DNA of 64,000 nt from the human T2T-CHM13v2.0 reference genome, Homo sapiens, in NCBI RefSeq assembly GCF_009914755.1, contig NC_060927.1; one strand, 5' to 3'. Below are positions 38,862 to 51,807 of this stretch, piece after piece. Both the position numbers and the translations under genes were made by a program. Every line of letters starts with the position of its first letter. Position 1 is the stretch's first letter. The notes under the pieces were generated by a model. The model searched no databases. It was not told the DNA's origin and saw nothing but the letters and a program-made list of their open reading frames with translations.

Positions 38862-39114
38862 CAATTCATTTTTTCCCAGTTGCTATGGTTTACATTCAGA
38901 AATTTTGCATCTGAGTCATTAACATGCAGGCACACACACTCGTAATATATATAGAATCAAAATTTCACAAAGTGATATTTAGTCCTCCAGTATATGATCC
39001 AATTTGATATAGGTGATCTCATTTTATTTATTCTATTTCATTTAAAAATTATGCTGGCCTGGACTTACTACATTGATCTGAAGCAGGCTCAGACCTGCTG
39101 TCTGGAAAATACTG
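38862..39114 (-). mobile_element. Old hAT-Charlie non-autonomous element (MER112-like)
   Basis: ttctatttcatttaaaaattatgctgg, aaaatttcacaaa, terminal gaaaatactg. Confidence 0.5.
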
Positions 39115-39479
39115 CTCTATATACTAGCCAGTTGTCTTTTCCAAATGTCAAAGGGTTGATTATATCAGCTCTGAATTAAAAACTTCCATTTTTAATCTCA
39201 TTCTTCCCAATCATTGCACATATTGCAAAGTCAGAATCATTCCGTATACAAGGCTTTCTATGATATGGCTTCATCCCCCTTGCAGTCCTTAGCTGTACCA
39301 TTTCTTCCAGCTTGCCTGATCTGTTTGATACAGTTTTCTACAAAGCCCCTTCCTCTCATCAATCTCAATATGCCTTTCAGTATTTGAGTTATGCCACCTT
39401 CTTTGGGAAACCTCCCATACTATCCAATCTGATTTTAATTTTCCTCCTTGTAAACTTACCACACTATAGTGGAATATTT

Positions 39480-39690
39480 AATGATGTTTATGCATTGAAC
39501 ACATAGTTTGTATCAGAGGCTGTTTATTGTGTAGTGCTTTGGTATAGATACTGATATAGTCCCTGTTGATTTGACGAGGGAACTGAGGCTTAGAAAAGTG
39601 ATACAGTTGACTCAAGTAATGCTGCTGGTGAACTGAAGATGGGTGGCTTGAACCCAAGCACTCTGATCTCAGAGCTCTTTTAAACATCAA
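39480..39690 (-). mobile_element. MIR
   Basis: gagggaactgaggcttagaaaagtg..tgactcaag..ttgaacccaag. Confidence 0.65.
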
Positions 39691-40332
39691 GCTATTTGAG
39701 GAGGTAAGGGGGTAAAAATGACATTGTGACCTTTTTGGTACTGTCAATCCAAGCTCATAATTTAACTTTCTCTCCGTAGGTTTCTTAGCCTCTGATTAGA
39801 TGTGTCAGGAATTTTTTTTGTTTGTATTTTCTGAGTTCCATGGTTTCTCTCTATACTTCTCTAGTATGTTGTTTGCATATATGTGAGATGCATAGCCTAA
39901 GGGATCTGTATGGTATTATCTGAAGAGGTATTAGGTTGCTCATTGGACTTGTGGCTTTTAAAGTATGGCTAGTCCCATTCCTGGCTATTCTGGTGTTTGC
40001 TGCTGAAGTCTTTGCTGGAACTGGAGGTTTGCCTTCTTAGCTCAATCAGAGATCAGTAATTTTCTCTTATAAACTAATCCCCACAGCACTCTTGGATGTT
40101 GCAAAGGTCTCTGATCTTGGCTGTGTCTAACAGCTTGCTCTGGGCTCATCTCTAATGTCAGGTTATTTCACAAGAAAAAGCCACTGACTTTCAGCCATAT
40201 TATTGTTTGCTTTATCAAGGGTCACACAGGAACTTCTCTAGGTATCCAAGCTATGTGAAAGCCAAGAGAGGCTTGAAGACCTAACAAGGCTTCTTTCTGT
40301 GTGACTATGTTATCAATGTCTATTTTTTATAT

Positions 40333-40458
40333 TCTAGTGAACACTATTTGAATTCTATTTTAGAAATCTTTTCCTACCCAAGGGTTGAGAAGATATTCTC
40401 TTGTTTCATTGTAGGAGTTTATAGTTTCAGTATTTATATCTGGGTCCATGATCCATTC
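40333..40458 (-). mobile_element. L1M ORF2 fragment
   Basis: agaaatcttttcctacccaagg..aagatattctc..gtccatgatccatt. Confidence 0.65.
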
Positions 40459-40516
40459 CCTTCCTCTATGCTTCCATAATTCTTTAATCTAGGAAGGCCA
40501 GGTTTAGGGCTTCCTA

Positions 40517-40712
40517 CTTCCTCCTTCTTCTTCTTCTTCTTCTTCCTCTTCCTCTTCCTCTTCTTCTTCCTCTTCTTCTTCCTCTTCTTCTCCTCCTCTT
40601 CTCCTCCTCTTCTCCTTCTCTTCTTCTTCTCCTTCTCCTTCTCTCCTCCTCCTCCTCCTCCTCCTCCTTCCTTCCTCCTTCTTCCTTCCTCCTTCTTTCT
40701 TCTTTCTTCTTC
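40517..40712. repeat. 196 bp pure polypyrimidine tract of mixed CTT/CCT repeats
   Basis: Only C and T between A40516 and G40713. Confidence 0.95.
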
Positions 40713-43700
40713 GTATCCTTTGTCTTTACTTCAGGCATTGTGTAAAATTCTTTATGATTTTATCCACCAAGATGCTCTCTGGATATGTTTACAAGAGAGA
40801 TAAGTGAACTTAGAAAAATTCCTTCTCCTTTGTAATAAAACCTGTCTGTTACATCTATTATCTTCCTATAAAGCTTTTTGCTTGTTTTAGATAACAAAAG
40901 CTATTTTAAAACTATCTTTTAAGATATGCCTCTTGCTCAGGCTGTCCCTTGTTCAAGGAGAAGGCAATGTAGACAAAATTTAAAAGAGAAAAAATTTATT
41001 TATATTTTTATACAATACAACCTCTATTACACAGAAGTTCCCCAGCATTTGTATAATGAAATAATTATTCATAAATGAAGATATCTGAAGGAGTGTATGA
41101 GAATCTGGCTGCACATACTAAAGGATAGTAGAATATAAAAATAGCATGACGAATAGAAACTCCATGGTGGAAGTAGAGCTACAGCTGGAATAATTACAGC
41201 TGTATTGGAAAGAAGGAGAACAGAAAATCAGCACTGATGGATAGTAATAGAAAAATAATTTAAGACTAGAATTAGGAGGCTAGTGTAATTGTGAGACAGA
41301 AAAAAAATATTGGAACAAGGTAGAAGCCAGGAACCTTACTTCTTCTCTAAAACCAATCTAACTGAAGTTTTCACATTTTTCTGTGTATTTCTATATTTCT
41401 ATATATATTTCTATATATCAGTTTTCTGATATACAAAAATAGATATTATATTTTGATTATACCTCCAGAAAGCATTGTAGTGCTATAATACAATATAATG
41501 CTATTTATATACTAAGAAGCTAAAATGATGGTCATGGATAATATATTTTATTATTTTCATCAAATAAAATTTCAGCTTCTTTAACTCATTTATTCCAGAA
41601 ATACTTGTGCATTTATTTCTCATCGTATAAGTGCTAGACCCATGAAATACAGAGTGATTTTAAAACATTGTTTCTTAACTGAAAATCGAAGAACCCTGCT
41701 ACACAACTGGGCAAAATTAAATTACTGTACAAAGAGGTGTGATAAATACATTTATAGGTTATTAGAGCAGATTTCCAGAGTAGGGTATGATTAAATTGAG
41801 TACTAACTAATACATGTGAATTTGTCAAGTTTCTCCCCAAGTGCGTTTGGGCTGCATAGCTCTCCTGTTCCTATAATCACTCAATAATTTGAATCCAGAA
41901 GTAGCTATTTAGGTGGGTTTCATCATTGGTCAAAGGGAGATTCTTTGCAGTAGAGGAGCTAGGGAAGAAGGTGATGAGAGAAAAACTTGTTTTGTTGGGG
42001 GAAACATGATACTTAATTTGGAAATGAATATTGAATAACTAAATTTTCTCACCAAAATGAGTAAAGATAGAAGCTAGGAAGTATTCATGTGATAACTCTT
42101 TGGGACAGAAAATGTTATGTGATACACATAAAATATTATTTATATATATAATATTTTATATGAATGTTTCATATATATTCGCTATATAACAAGTGTCCCA
42201 AGCCTTTGGAAGATTTGAGTCAGCAAGGGAGTCCTAAAACAATAAAAGATATTTTTCTCTGTGTATAGATTAAAATCAGATTGAGAATGAAATTTATTTC
42301 TGCTTCTCTAGAATCATGACAGCAGAGTTTCTCTGTGGTTCAGAAATATTTGAAAAGAACAATAAGAAAGAATTTAATTCCCAAGTGCTTGCTTAGCAAG
42401 CATGATGCCAGTTAAGCACTGTTCTTGTGTCGTTGTGCAGATCCCCAGTGGACCAGAAGAGAAACTTCTTAATTAGATTTAAATGGTCCTTGTTTGCCAA
42501 GGTGCACTGTTCGGGAATATCTGGTGACTGGCTAGCTAAGCATTTGTTCTAGTTTTTGCCTCTTCTCTGTAGTATTCTGCTGAGATGTGACACTCTCTTG
42601 TTACTTTGCAGTTTCCTCTGACAACAGGTTAAGTTAGTCTGCCCCTGTCATATGTGGAACCTGATGGATGTCAAGGGATGAGACCAAATTAATTCAACAG
42701 GTGGCAGAGAACCCTGGGGGAGGAGAAACCTGCTCTGCGTGAATATGCTAATACATATTTCAGTGCATGATTATCATTCTGCAGTTCAGGAATAATTGAA
42801 TTTGCATATCCCCAACGTTTAAGAATTGATTTCCTAAATGAGGAAATCTGGGGCATAATGACCATGTGCCTATGCATCACTGCACATTATTTCAGGATCC
42901 AAAGGAATCTGCAGAGAGTAAATTACTTAGTCCCCTTGGATAGATGGAATTTTCATGTTGTTTTAGGAAAGTTGTGGGCATTTTTTTCTCCTAATCAAAT
43001 GGAATCATTCTCTGTTCTAAACATAGGATCGGAAGTGCCTTGGAGGCAGCTGCGAGGGTAAATAATTAGCTACCCTACTGCCTAGAGAAATAGTTTAGAG
43101 GTTTTTAGAGACTCTGCACAAATGGACTGGGATATTATGTAAAATTCGTTTTGGTTAGACTTTAATTTATCTAACTTAATATAATTATTGAGAAAAGCAA
43201 ACTGTGGACAGTTAGGAACAAGGAATCAAGAGCTTGTGCAAAGGAGATTGGACATGACAGTTCTACTAAAGAGATAATGACAATTAAGTATGGCTGGATT
43301 TATTGCTGCCTTTTAACATAGCATATGTAGAGTTTGTTCTATATCCACCCCACTGTATCTTCAATTGTATCTTTATTATTCATAAACTTCATCTTTATCA
43401 GGATCAAAGTCCTGTGAATAAAGGTAAATAATCATGTGATATCATCATACTTCTACAGCATTTCCACATATGGCAAAATTTGATTCTGAATCTATTTCTT
43501 TAAACTCCCTGGCCATAGGCAGAAGATAACAAACCAGGACTCTGAGGCAAGAAGATTTTATGCTTTAGAGGACATGAAGGGAACAAAAATTTTAGAAGGC
43601 TATTTCTAACCAGCCTGGTGCTCCCTTAAGTGTGGTTCAGTTGACTCAAGCAGCAATGTAAGAAAACACGGTAAGGTTTATTATGGGCTGCTGTAGGATA

Positions 43701-45024
43701 TTTAGGTTCATTCAGTGCCTCTGATGACTTTCAGACTTGTTAGGGAAGTTGAGTCACAGGCCTCTGTGTTGTAGGAGGCATGAAGAATAGATTTTGAAGG
43801 GATTGGAGATGGGAAAATTTGAAAGAGATATGACATTTGATTAAGTCATAAGTTAACAAAAAATGGCTCTTGAGACTAACTCATTGGGAAGTAGCTCAGG
43901 TTGGGTGGAGATCTAATGGAGTTTAGTCATTAATATTTCAATTGAGCTTTAGTCACATCAGCACTCACATCAACCTTCTTTCTTGTGAACCACAAAACCA
44001 TTTATTAGGCGAGCCCTTGCCAAGAGAGCTATATCATCTGTCTGAGAGGCTGACATTTAGTAGGTCTTTGTGACATATTCTTTTTTAAGAAGTTCAAACT
44101 ACAAGTTGAAAACTGATCATGTTGTGGGGCATAGGACCTGCTGAAGAAGCTAGGGGTATTAGAAAAGGTGGGAATGGGCAGGGAGTCTAAATAAACATGC
44201 AGAGTCCCAGAAGTCAAATTAGAAGAGTGAAATCTGGGGAGTAGGAAGAAGGATGAAGTGCAGACAAATGATCTGTAGGGGGAATCAGATATTCAGCCCA
44301 GATTTTTTGACTGCCTCACAGGTAGAAACATTAAAGAGATGCACTCCTGACAAAGTTCCTAAAATCAGGCTCAAATAAGGTGCTCCCTTTTTTGTCCTTC
44401 TCAGTTCTTGACAAGCTTAGTGTTAAGATCAGATGAGGAGGATGACACAAGTAAGGTGTTCCTAAAAACCTTCTTTGACCCTATCTCACTTTCCAAGCTA
44501 TCTCCATTTTCTCTGCCGTTCTTCATAGACAAATGTCTAGAAATAAGGAGTTTCTGCCTCCAATTCTCTGATTACTCAATATGCTCAGAAGCCTACCCCT
44601 TTCAGTTATCAGCTCATTCCAATTTGATGTCTTGTCACCACTCACCTGAAATTGGTTTTGAGTTGTTTCCAGACCCAAAGCACACTTCTTGATCCGTATC
44701 CTATTTAACATTTAGGTTGTAGTTAATATAATTTACCAGAACTTTGTTGAAACAGTTTCCTTTCTTGGGCTACACATCACACTTTCTCTCATTTGAGCTC
44801 CATTAATCCTTCACTAATCTCCCAGTTTCAGGGCTCTCTGAGCAATCTCTCTTCAGGTGATTTATTCATTCATTAGGTGTGAAAACCATCTGATTGTTAT
44901 GAATTCCCAAATATATATCTCAAGGTAGAGCTGATTGTCTCAGTTTCAGACTCATAGTCAGTTTTTAATTTTATTTGCATTTGAATAGCTTACAGATATT
45001 TCAAATTTAACAAATCCAAATTTC

Positions 45025-45164
45025 TGGTGATGAATCCACCATTATGACCTCATTTAAACTTAATTAACTCCCAATGGCCCCACATCCAAATAACATAACA
45101 TTAGAGGTTAGGGCTTCAACATATAAATTTGGGGAATGGGGACACAAACTTTCAGTCCATAACA
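45025..45164 (-). mobile_element. MLT1A-like LTR fragment
   Basis: atgacctcatttaaacttaatta..gttagggcttcaacatataaattt..ttcagtccataaca. Confidence 0.8.
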
Positions 45165-45789
45165 ATTGAATAGCTCAGACACAAGTACAGCATCAAGTTA
45201 CCCAAGAACAGAACTGTTAGTTGGAAATGAGAGATTCCAGCCTCTTCATTAAGTTAAGGAATATTTCTTATTAGAAGTAGAGTTGGAGAAAGTTGGAAAA
45301 ATGTGAAAAAAGAGACAAGTGTCTAATATTACTTTTAGACTCAGTGCAGTTGGATTGAGAAGCCACTAAAACCAGGTAGTGCCTTTACTCTTGTGAAACA
45401 TTCTTTCTTTTAGAGAAATAATTCATTGTGATTTCTCAATGTCTTCTCTTCAACTTTAATTCTATTATTCATCTTTGTAACTTACGTGTGTAGTATAGTA
45501 TATGGGCATCACTCTTCCCATTTTATAGTGGAAGAAATGGATATCTAGAAAAAGGTATAAATAACTTATCTGAGTTTTACTTTACATCAGAGACTAAGTT
45601 GGGAGGAGAATTGACATCCTCTTTGAAGCATGATACAGATTTTACCACTGTACGTTTCTCTCCCATAGTCCTTGACCATAGTCATGTTTATGATCCTGTC
45701 AGTCATTCCCTCTTCAGTGCTACTCAGGTTTCCATTGTCATATCCTGGACCTGGTGTCTTCCTCACTAGGACAGGGAAAACAACTCCAG

Positions 45790-45950
45790 ATATCGTTATA
45801 GCTGTGCAATCTTGGCTAAGATATTTGACTGCTCTTAGATTTAATTTCTTTATCTGCAAAAATAATACTTTCAAAATGTTATTGCTGGTGCCTGATTTTC
45901 TATGATCCTGAAAAGTGACTTGGGAAAGGAAAAGTGTGGTAAATATGGTA
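45790..45950 (+). mobile_element. MIR
   Basis: tagctgtgcaatcttggc..tttctttatctgcaaaaataata. Confidence 0.55.
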
Positions 45951-46689
45951 TTTATTACATCATTAATAACATTATTGACTGCCATCAGTGCCAATATTTG
46001 TGGTAATAACCATTTATATCAATACAAATTCAATAAGTACCTACTCTATGCAGAAAACTGGAAGACAAGAGTGAGTAAAATCTAGTGCCCCTCTAAATTA
46101 GGAAAATGCAATTACTCTAACACAGTAGCTGGCATTACAATTCCTCTTTGAAGAAGAATTAGAACTCATTGCTGGAGACATGGGTTTTTCTGATTAGGGA
46201 TTCAGTTTGAACAGAGACATTGGCTAGGAAAGTTTCTAATATGCTCAGGGCACACAGATGAAAGAAGATGGACAGGTGGATGATTTGAGGTGGTTTGACA
46301 GTGATATGGAAGCTGGGTCTGCTTCATAGAGAGTCTTGTAATAAAGAGTTAGAGCTGTGGGTCTGTGCCTCTCAATCTGGACCACCGGCAATATGCCAGA
46401 TAATTTGCAAAACCATGGTACATACCTGGCACATTTTCTTGAAGAAGCAATTTTATGTCATGATAAGCAATTTAAAACATTACTTTCAAATGAAAAATAA
46501 TATTTTGTAGAAAAATACAATTAAAAAATTTTTTTATTACAGTATGTGTGAAATGTCAAAGTACTGTTGCAGCTGTTGTAAGCTAATTCAAGCTTTAGTC
46601 TGAGAAATGCTAACCATAATTCCTTTCCTACCACTGGGGACATTTTGATTAAAATTATAGGAAGCCTGCCAGGAAAACAGAAGATAATG

Positions 46690-47030
46690 GAGAATTTATA
46701 ACCTGGGTTTTGAAGAAAGATGAGGGCTAACATAAAGGATGGTGTGGAGGTGCAGGGGAGTTGCTGGAGACAGGAGGATGATATGTTTATAGTGCACAAG
46801 TCCAGGCAGAGGTGGTGAGGGTTTTGATTAGGTTATTGCAATTGAGGTGGAGAAGAGAAGCTGGAAGTATGAGACAAGGCAGAGGTGGGATCTATGGGCT
46901 GGACTGTGCAGTTGGATTTGGGGAATGAGAGTTAGTAAGATAGAGGCACTGATAATGTTTCAGTTGTAGTCAGCCTTTATGGTTGGAAGATCAAGTCATC
47001 TATATTGAAATAGGTTAAATAAAAGAAAGT
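46690..47030 (-). mobile_element. L2 fragment
   Basis: gtccaggcagaggtggtgaggg..ggtggagaagaga..gttggatttgggg. Confidence 0.55.
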
Positions 47031-47769
47031 AGAATACTAAGGTACTCTAATAATCAAAACCGTTAGAGAAGAGTCACTAAAAGATAGAAATTCAGACTGC
47101 ATCTGAAGTAATACATTTGACTCTATCAATATAACAATAAGCTTGGCTCTGTTTCAACTTTTGAGCTTCTCTCTGCCTCAGTATGATCAGAAGTCCTGGG
47201 CCATATATATATTTTTAATTCACCCTATCCTTCCAATTCAGGTTTTAGCTTGACCACAAGAGAGACTGATTGTACTCACTTCATTCTGCCATGAAGCCAG
47301 CATCAGGACTATGTGCTGGCAGGGAACATATTGGCAGCTCCTTGCTCATACATGTTTGTGGAATAAGTAAAGACCACTCTAACATCTTCCACAAAACAAT
47401 TTGTCGAGTTTCTACTGTGTATAGTAAACTGTGCTAAATGGTTGGTATCTGTTAGCTCTATTAATCCAAATAGTGATTGTTATATCATTTTACAAAGCCA
47501 AAGATAGTAAGGAATTTACCTGACATTAAACAGTTAGTAGGTTCAGTCCCCTTCATGGGAACATCATATGGGGTCAATATATATATCCTGAATAAATAGA
47601 TGAAGAAACATTACATGAAAGTGTATGGGCATATACATGAATGAAATAATGGTAAAATTCAGGTCTGTACAACATGAACATACTCTTCCCATGCTAATAC
47701 AATTCTTCAACAATTATTAAATAAAGGGATTAATAAGTAAATAATAAAATGAACAACATGTTTTATAGT

Positions 47770-47945
47770 TGCAGAAACTTTGGCTGTGAAGCTGAGTGGC
47801 TATATCTGGAATCACTAATGTCATTCATTAGTTATGTGATCTTGTGCAATTTACTTTAATTCTGGGATCCTCAGTTTGATCATACATAAAATGGGCTAAT
47901 AATGCTTACTGCCTTTACTAAAATGGTGAGGATCTGTTCAGACTA
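47770..47945 (+). mobile_element. MIR
   Basis: ttagttatgtgatcttgtgcaatttact..cctcagtt..ataaaatgggctaataat. Confidence 0.7.
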
Positions 47946-48214
47946 AGGTTGTACCATTAAAATGAGAAATTTTCAGGACTTGAGCTTCTTAATTTGGTGG
48001 CCAACAGTGGTCCTAGAGTAGCCTATGTTCCTGTGAATAGTCTTTCTAGACCTAAATTTATCAAAAGGAGGAAGTTCTCAGCACTCAGTATTTGTAACTA
48101 TCATGTGTTAATTACTTCTCACTATGCTTCAGTGAGTAGCCAAGTTGAAACATTCTTATTTAACACGTGAAGAAACAAAGTTTAAATGACTTGCCTAAAT
48201 CTACATAATGCCCT

Positions 48215-48700
48215 TTATTTACAATAAACATAGGCCTGAATGTACAGTATTATACCAGGTTCTAGAAATTTTTGTCCTCAAATTTTGGCAGAGTGCCTCC
48301 CTGATTATAACCATAAAAATCGTAATGCTTATAATTTATACAAGTGAAAATAAGTCATAGAAATTATAAGAACTCACCCAAGGTTAAGAAACTAATCAGT
48401 GGTAGGCACTGCATTCTAACCTAGACAGTCTGGCTCCAGGGCCAATGCTCTCAACTCCTACAATTTACTGCTTATGCTAATATTTTACTTGATGTTTTAT
48501 AGACTTTAACATACTTTCTCATAAATTAACTCACAGATAACTCACTTATCTTCATAGTGATCATGTGAACTAAATATTATCCTCACTTAAATTTCATGAG
48601 GACATGAAAGCTCTGAGAGGTTAAGCAATTTGTCTTAGGTCAAACATATGGTGACACATGAATCTTCTTACTGTAAATTCCAGATTCTGTCCACTAATTC
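48215..48700 (-). mobile_element. Two adjacent MIRs
   Basis: actcacccaagg..aacctagacagtctggctccag; atgaggacatgaaagctctgagaggttaagcaatttgtc. Confidence 0.6.
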
Positions 48701-48784
48701 ATTAGGATGACAAGCTGTATATGTTATTAGTCATTTATTGACAGCTGTGCTATGTAAATTAGTCAGCTTTCTCTCTGAACTCTT

Positions 48785-49262
48785 GGGTAGTGGGTTGCAA
48801 AAGACCACAATCCCCCACCCCTGCTTGCAGCTATGTCTTTTGCTAATGACTTTGCAGCTTCTCCCATCAAGAGATGAAATCTATTTCTCCACCTCTTGAA
48901 TCTGTACTGAACATAAGACTTGCTTTGATAGATACAACACAGCAAAATGATGTGACAGTTGCAAACCCAGGCCTCAAGAGGGCTTGCATGCTTGAGATCC
49001 CTCTTCTTGGAGCTCTTCCCAGTTGCCATGTAAATGAGTATGGGATAGTCTGCTGCAGGACTTTCCAAGACAGGGCATCCTAGAGCAGCTACTAACTAGT
49101 CAACCAACTGTATAGCTGGTTGCATATGCATGACTGAGTCCAACCAAGACTAGAAGAACCACACAGATGAACTGAGCCCAAATTGCGGACCTGCAGAAAT
49201 ATGAGCTAAATAAAGGGTTATATATTTAAGCCACTAAGTTTTGGGGGTGGTTTATCATGTGC
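48785..49262 (+). mobile_element. MaLR solo LTR, MLT1H-like
   Basis: gactttgcagcttctcccatcaagag, aggcctcaagag, ctgagcccaaattgc, taaataaa..ttaagccactaagttttgggg. Confidence 0.8.
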
Positions 49263-49641
49263 CTTGGTTTTCTTGATACCTCTATGTCTGATTCTTCCAT
49301 CTTTTACTATGCTCACTGAAGGATTTCTGTTCTTTCAGAGAGATCCTTTAAAATTTGATCCCACTTCAAATGTATGTTGAAAGCATCTCATTCAAAACAG
49401 TTTTGAATCAGGGGGATGTCTAAGTTTTGTCTTTTTAAGAAATTTAAAACTCTGCTAAGCTAAAGCCTACATAGAGTCACTTCTTCTATTTTGATTTGCC
49501 AGCAAAGTCCAGTTATAGTGGCAAAAAGATTCCTCGAAGGCAGAGAGGCCATGGAGTAAACAGTGCCTCAAGTGTCACAGAAGAATGTGTTTGGTAGTGA
49601 CATGTGCTTACTGCATATTTGTGCTGGTTGCTGCCAAAGAT

Positions 49642-49687
<46 letters not shown>

Positions 49688-49713
49688 TACAGACAGATGA
49701 CAGATAGATGGAT
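49642..49713. repeat. (TAGA)11 tetranucleotide STR with degenerate tail
   Basis: Direct reading; perfect part 49642-49685. Confidence 0.97.
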
Positions 49714-51057
49714 AAAACAGTGCATTTTAATTGTACTAGAATCATGTAGTTATACAATTATTGACATTCTGATTGTACCAAAATAACTTAGATTTTTATC
49801 CAACAGCAAATCACAGTGGAAGGTGATGTGATAAAAGCCTTAGCAGTGCATTTCTATTTTTCTTTTTTTTTTCTCTAAAAGTGGATAGTAAAATCAATGA
49901 AAGCAAGTGACTATATCCTTTACTTAATAATGCTTCTAGCATTAAGTCATGCCTGGCTTTGTAAAGAACATTTGCAAATGAAGGCAAATTTCCTATGAGG
50001 TCACTTGAAAAAATAGGTCTATCTGACTCGGCTTCATTTATTATTTATTGACTTAGTGGTTCCCTTATTCATGCGTTTATTAAATACATATTTACACAGT
50101 GTCTCTCATATTCTACTAAACACTGGTAAATCAAAGAGAAATAAAATATACTGCCTAATATAAAGTCATTTATAGAATGGTATAGGATACATCATATATG
50201 GTACATATAATAAGAAAGAACCAACTATAATGTATGAGCAAGGATTGGTTTGTGCAAAACAGATCTGCAAAAATAATATTAGACATAATATTTCAAGTTT
50301 CTATTTCTTCTTGAACTTCCTGACTCAGACTTGTTTATTCTGGCATTAAAAAAAAAATCACCATATGTTTATTTTTCGTTCCAAATATCATTTCCTCTGT
50401 AGCAGTACCCTGAATTTACAAGGTGTTTTTTCCCAGCTGGTGTTACAAGTGACTTTTCGATAGGCCACTTTACCATTCTATGAGGCAAGCTACTTCTAGA
50501 AGAGGAGGTACATGAAAAAAAAACCTATTGGCATTAGTTTTCTAAATATCCATTGTATTATAAGTTTTTTGATGGAAAGCATCATTGTGCATGCTACCAT
50601 ATTAATGTTATAAGGATTTGTATGACATTAACAGAAATATGTTTAGCAATTAAAGAGAATTTGAGTCCAATACAAGTGTCATTTAGCATGAGGACAAATT
50701 ACTGGCTCTTCCATAATTGAAAGGATCCCATGTAATCACTTTGCCACCAGGAGATGAACTGATCATTTTTAGAATCTGTTACCATATTTGGGGCTCCTGG
50801 TAGGTCACTACTCTTAGTGAATTACCACTAAGCAAGGGTGGGATTCAGATGAGAATTAGCAAAGCAAAAACAAAAATTAAACCAACCTTTTTTTTGTTTT
50901 TCTTCAGGAAGTATAGTAGAACTAAAGAACAACCTTTTAAAAAAGCCTATTTACAATCACCAGCTCAGTTACTATGGCCACATTTTAAGAATCTCAGTGG
51001 GGGACTGGGGAGAGGAAGCCAGTTGGCAGACTCAGAGAAGACTATCTTGTTATTTAA

Positions 51058-51123
51058 CAGCCTCTTCTGCAATGGGATCCAGCCTCTTCTGCAATGGGAT
51101 CCAACCTCTTCTGCAATGAGATC
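51058..51123. repeat. 3 x 22 bp tandem repeat (cagcctcttctgcaatgggatc)
   Basis: Units 51058-51079 and 51080-51101 identical; 51102-51123 has two changes. Confidence 0.95.
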
Positions 51124-51462
51124 CTGAGGTCCATTGAAAGTGGTACATTCACATATATTTTCCCCAAATCTCCTTGTCATCAGTCTTCCAAACTTGCTCC
51201 TTCCAAGGACATGACCTTGTAATCATGTCTATGTGGATCATTACTTCAGCATACCTTGTCTTCTAATCCAAGTAGGAAATGAGTTGTAACACTTAAACTT
51301 ATACCTACTGGGGATATATCCCTATTCTAAACTCTTTCACATCCAATCCATCTCTGAGTGTGGTTGCAATGGTCCAGCCGTACACTTTTACCTGGTGTTA
51401 GCTTATCATGCAGATTTTTTTATAAATTGATTTTTTTTCTCTTTTAAACCAAGTAGTTATAA

Positions 51463-51686
51463 AAAGGTTTCTCAATCTCAGCACTGCTGATATTTTAAGT
51501 TTAATAATTCTTTGTTTTGGGGGAGCTGTTTAGGTACATTATAGAATGTTTGGTAGCATCCCAGACCTTTACCCACTAGATGCCCATAGCATACCCTCTC
51601 CCAATTTGTTACAACCAAAAATGTCTCCAGATACTGTCAAATGTTTTAATGGATGGGTAAGAATCACTCCTAGTTGGAAAGTACTG
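51463..51686 (+). mobile_element. MER20 (hAT-Charlie) with 8 bp TSD
   Basis: ttctcaatctcagcact..acccactagatgcc..acaaccaaaaatgtctccaga; TSD agttataa 51455-51462 / agttatag 51687-51694; orientation call tentative. Confidence 0.88.
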
Positions 51687-51695
51687 AGTTATAGG

Positions 51696-51807
51696 TAGGG
51701 TGAAAATGCCTAATGATTTGGCTAGGACAGTCCCATTTTAGGCCTGTTTTCCTGGCCTACTTTTTAGCTCAAAAATGTCCCTGTTTATGATAATTACAGT
51801 TACTGTA
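51696..51807 (-). mobile_element. MER94-like (hAT-Blackjack)
   Basis: tagggtga start, ggacagtcccatttta.gcctgtt, ctcaaaaatgtccc. Confidence 0.6.

Noticed and set aside
40514-40738. Glu/Arg-rich ORF
   Set aside because: Translation of the polypurine repeat strand
45587-45994. 135 aa minus-strand ORF
   Set aside because: Overlaps a MIR, no recognisable domain, non-ATG start
51058-51123. CRISPR-like array
   Set aside because: Units are contiguous with no spacers, and the DNA is eukaryotic
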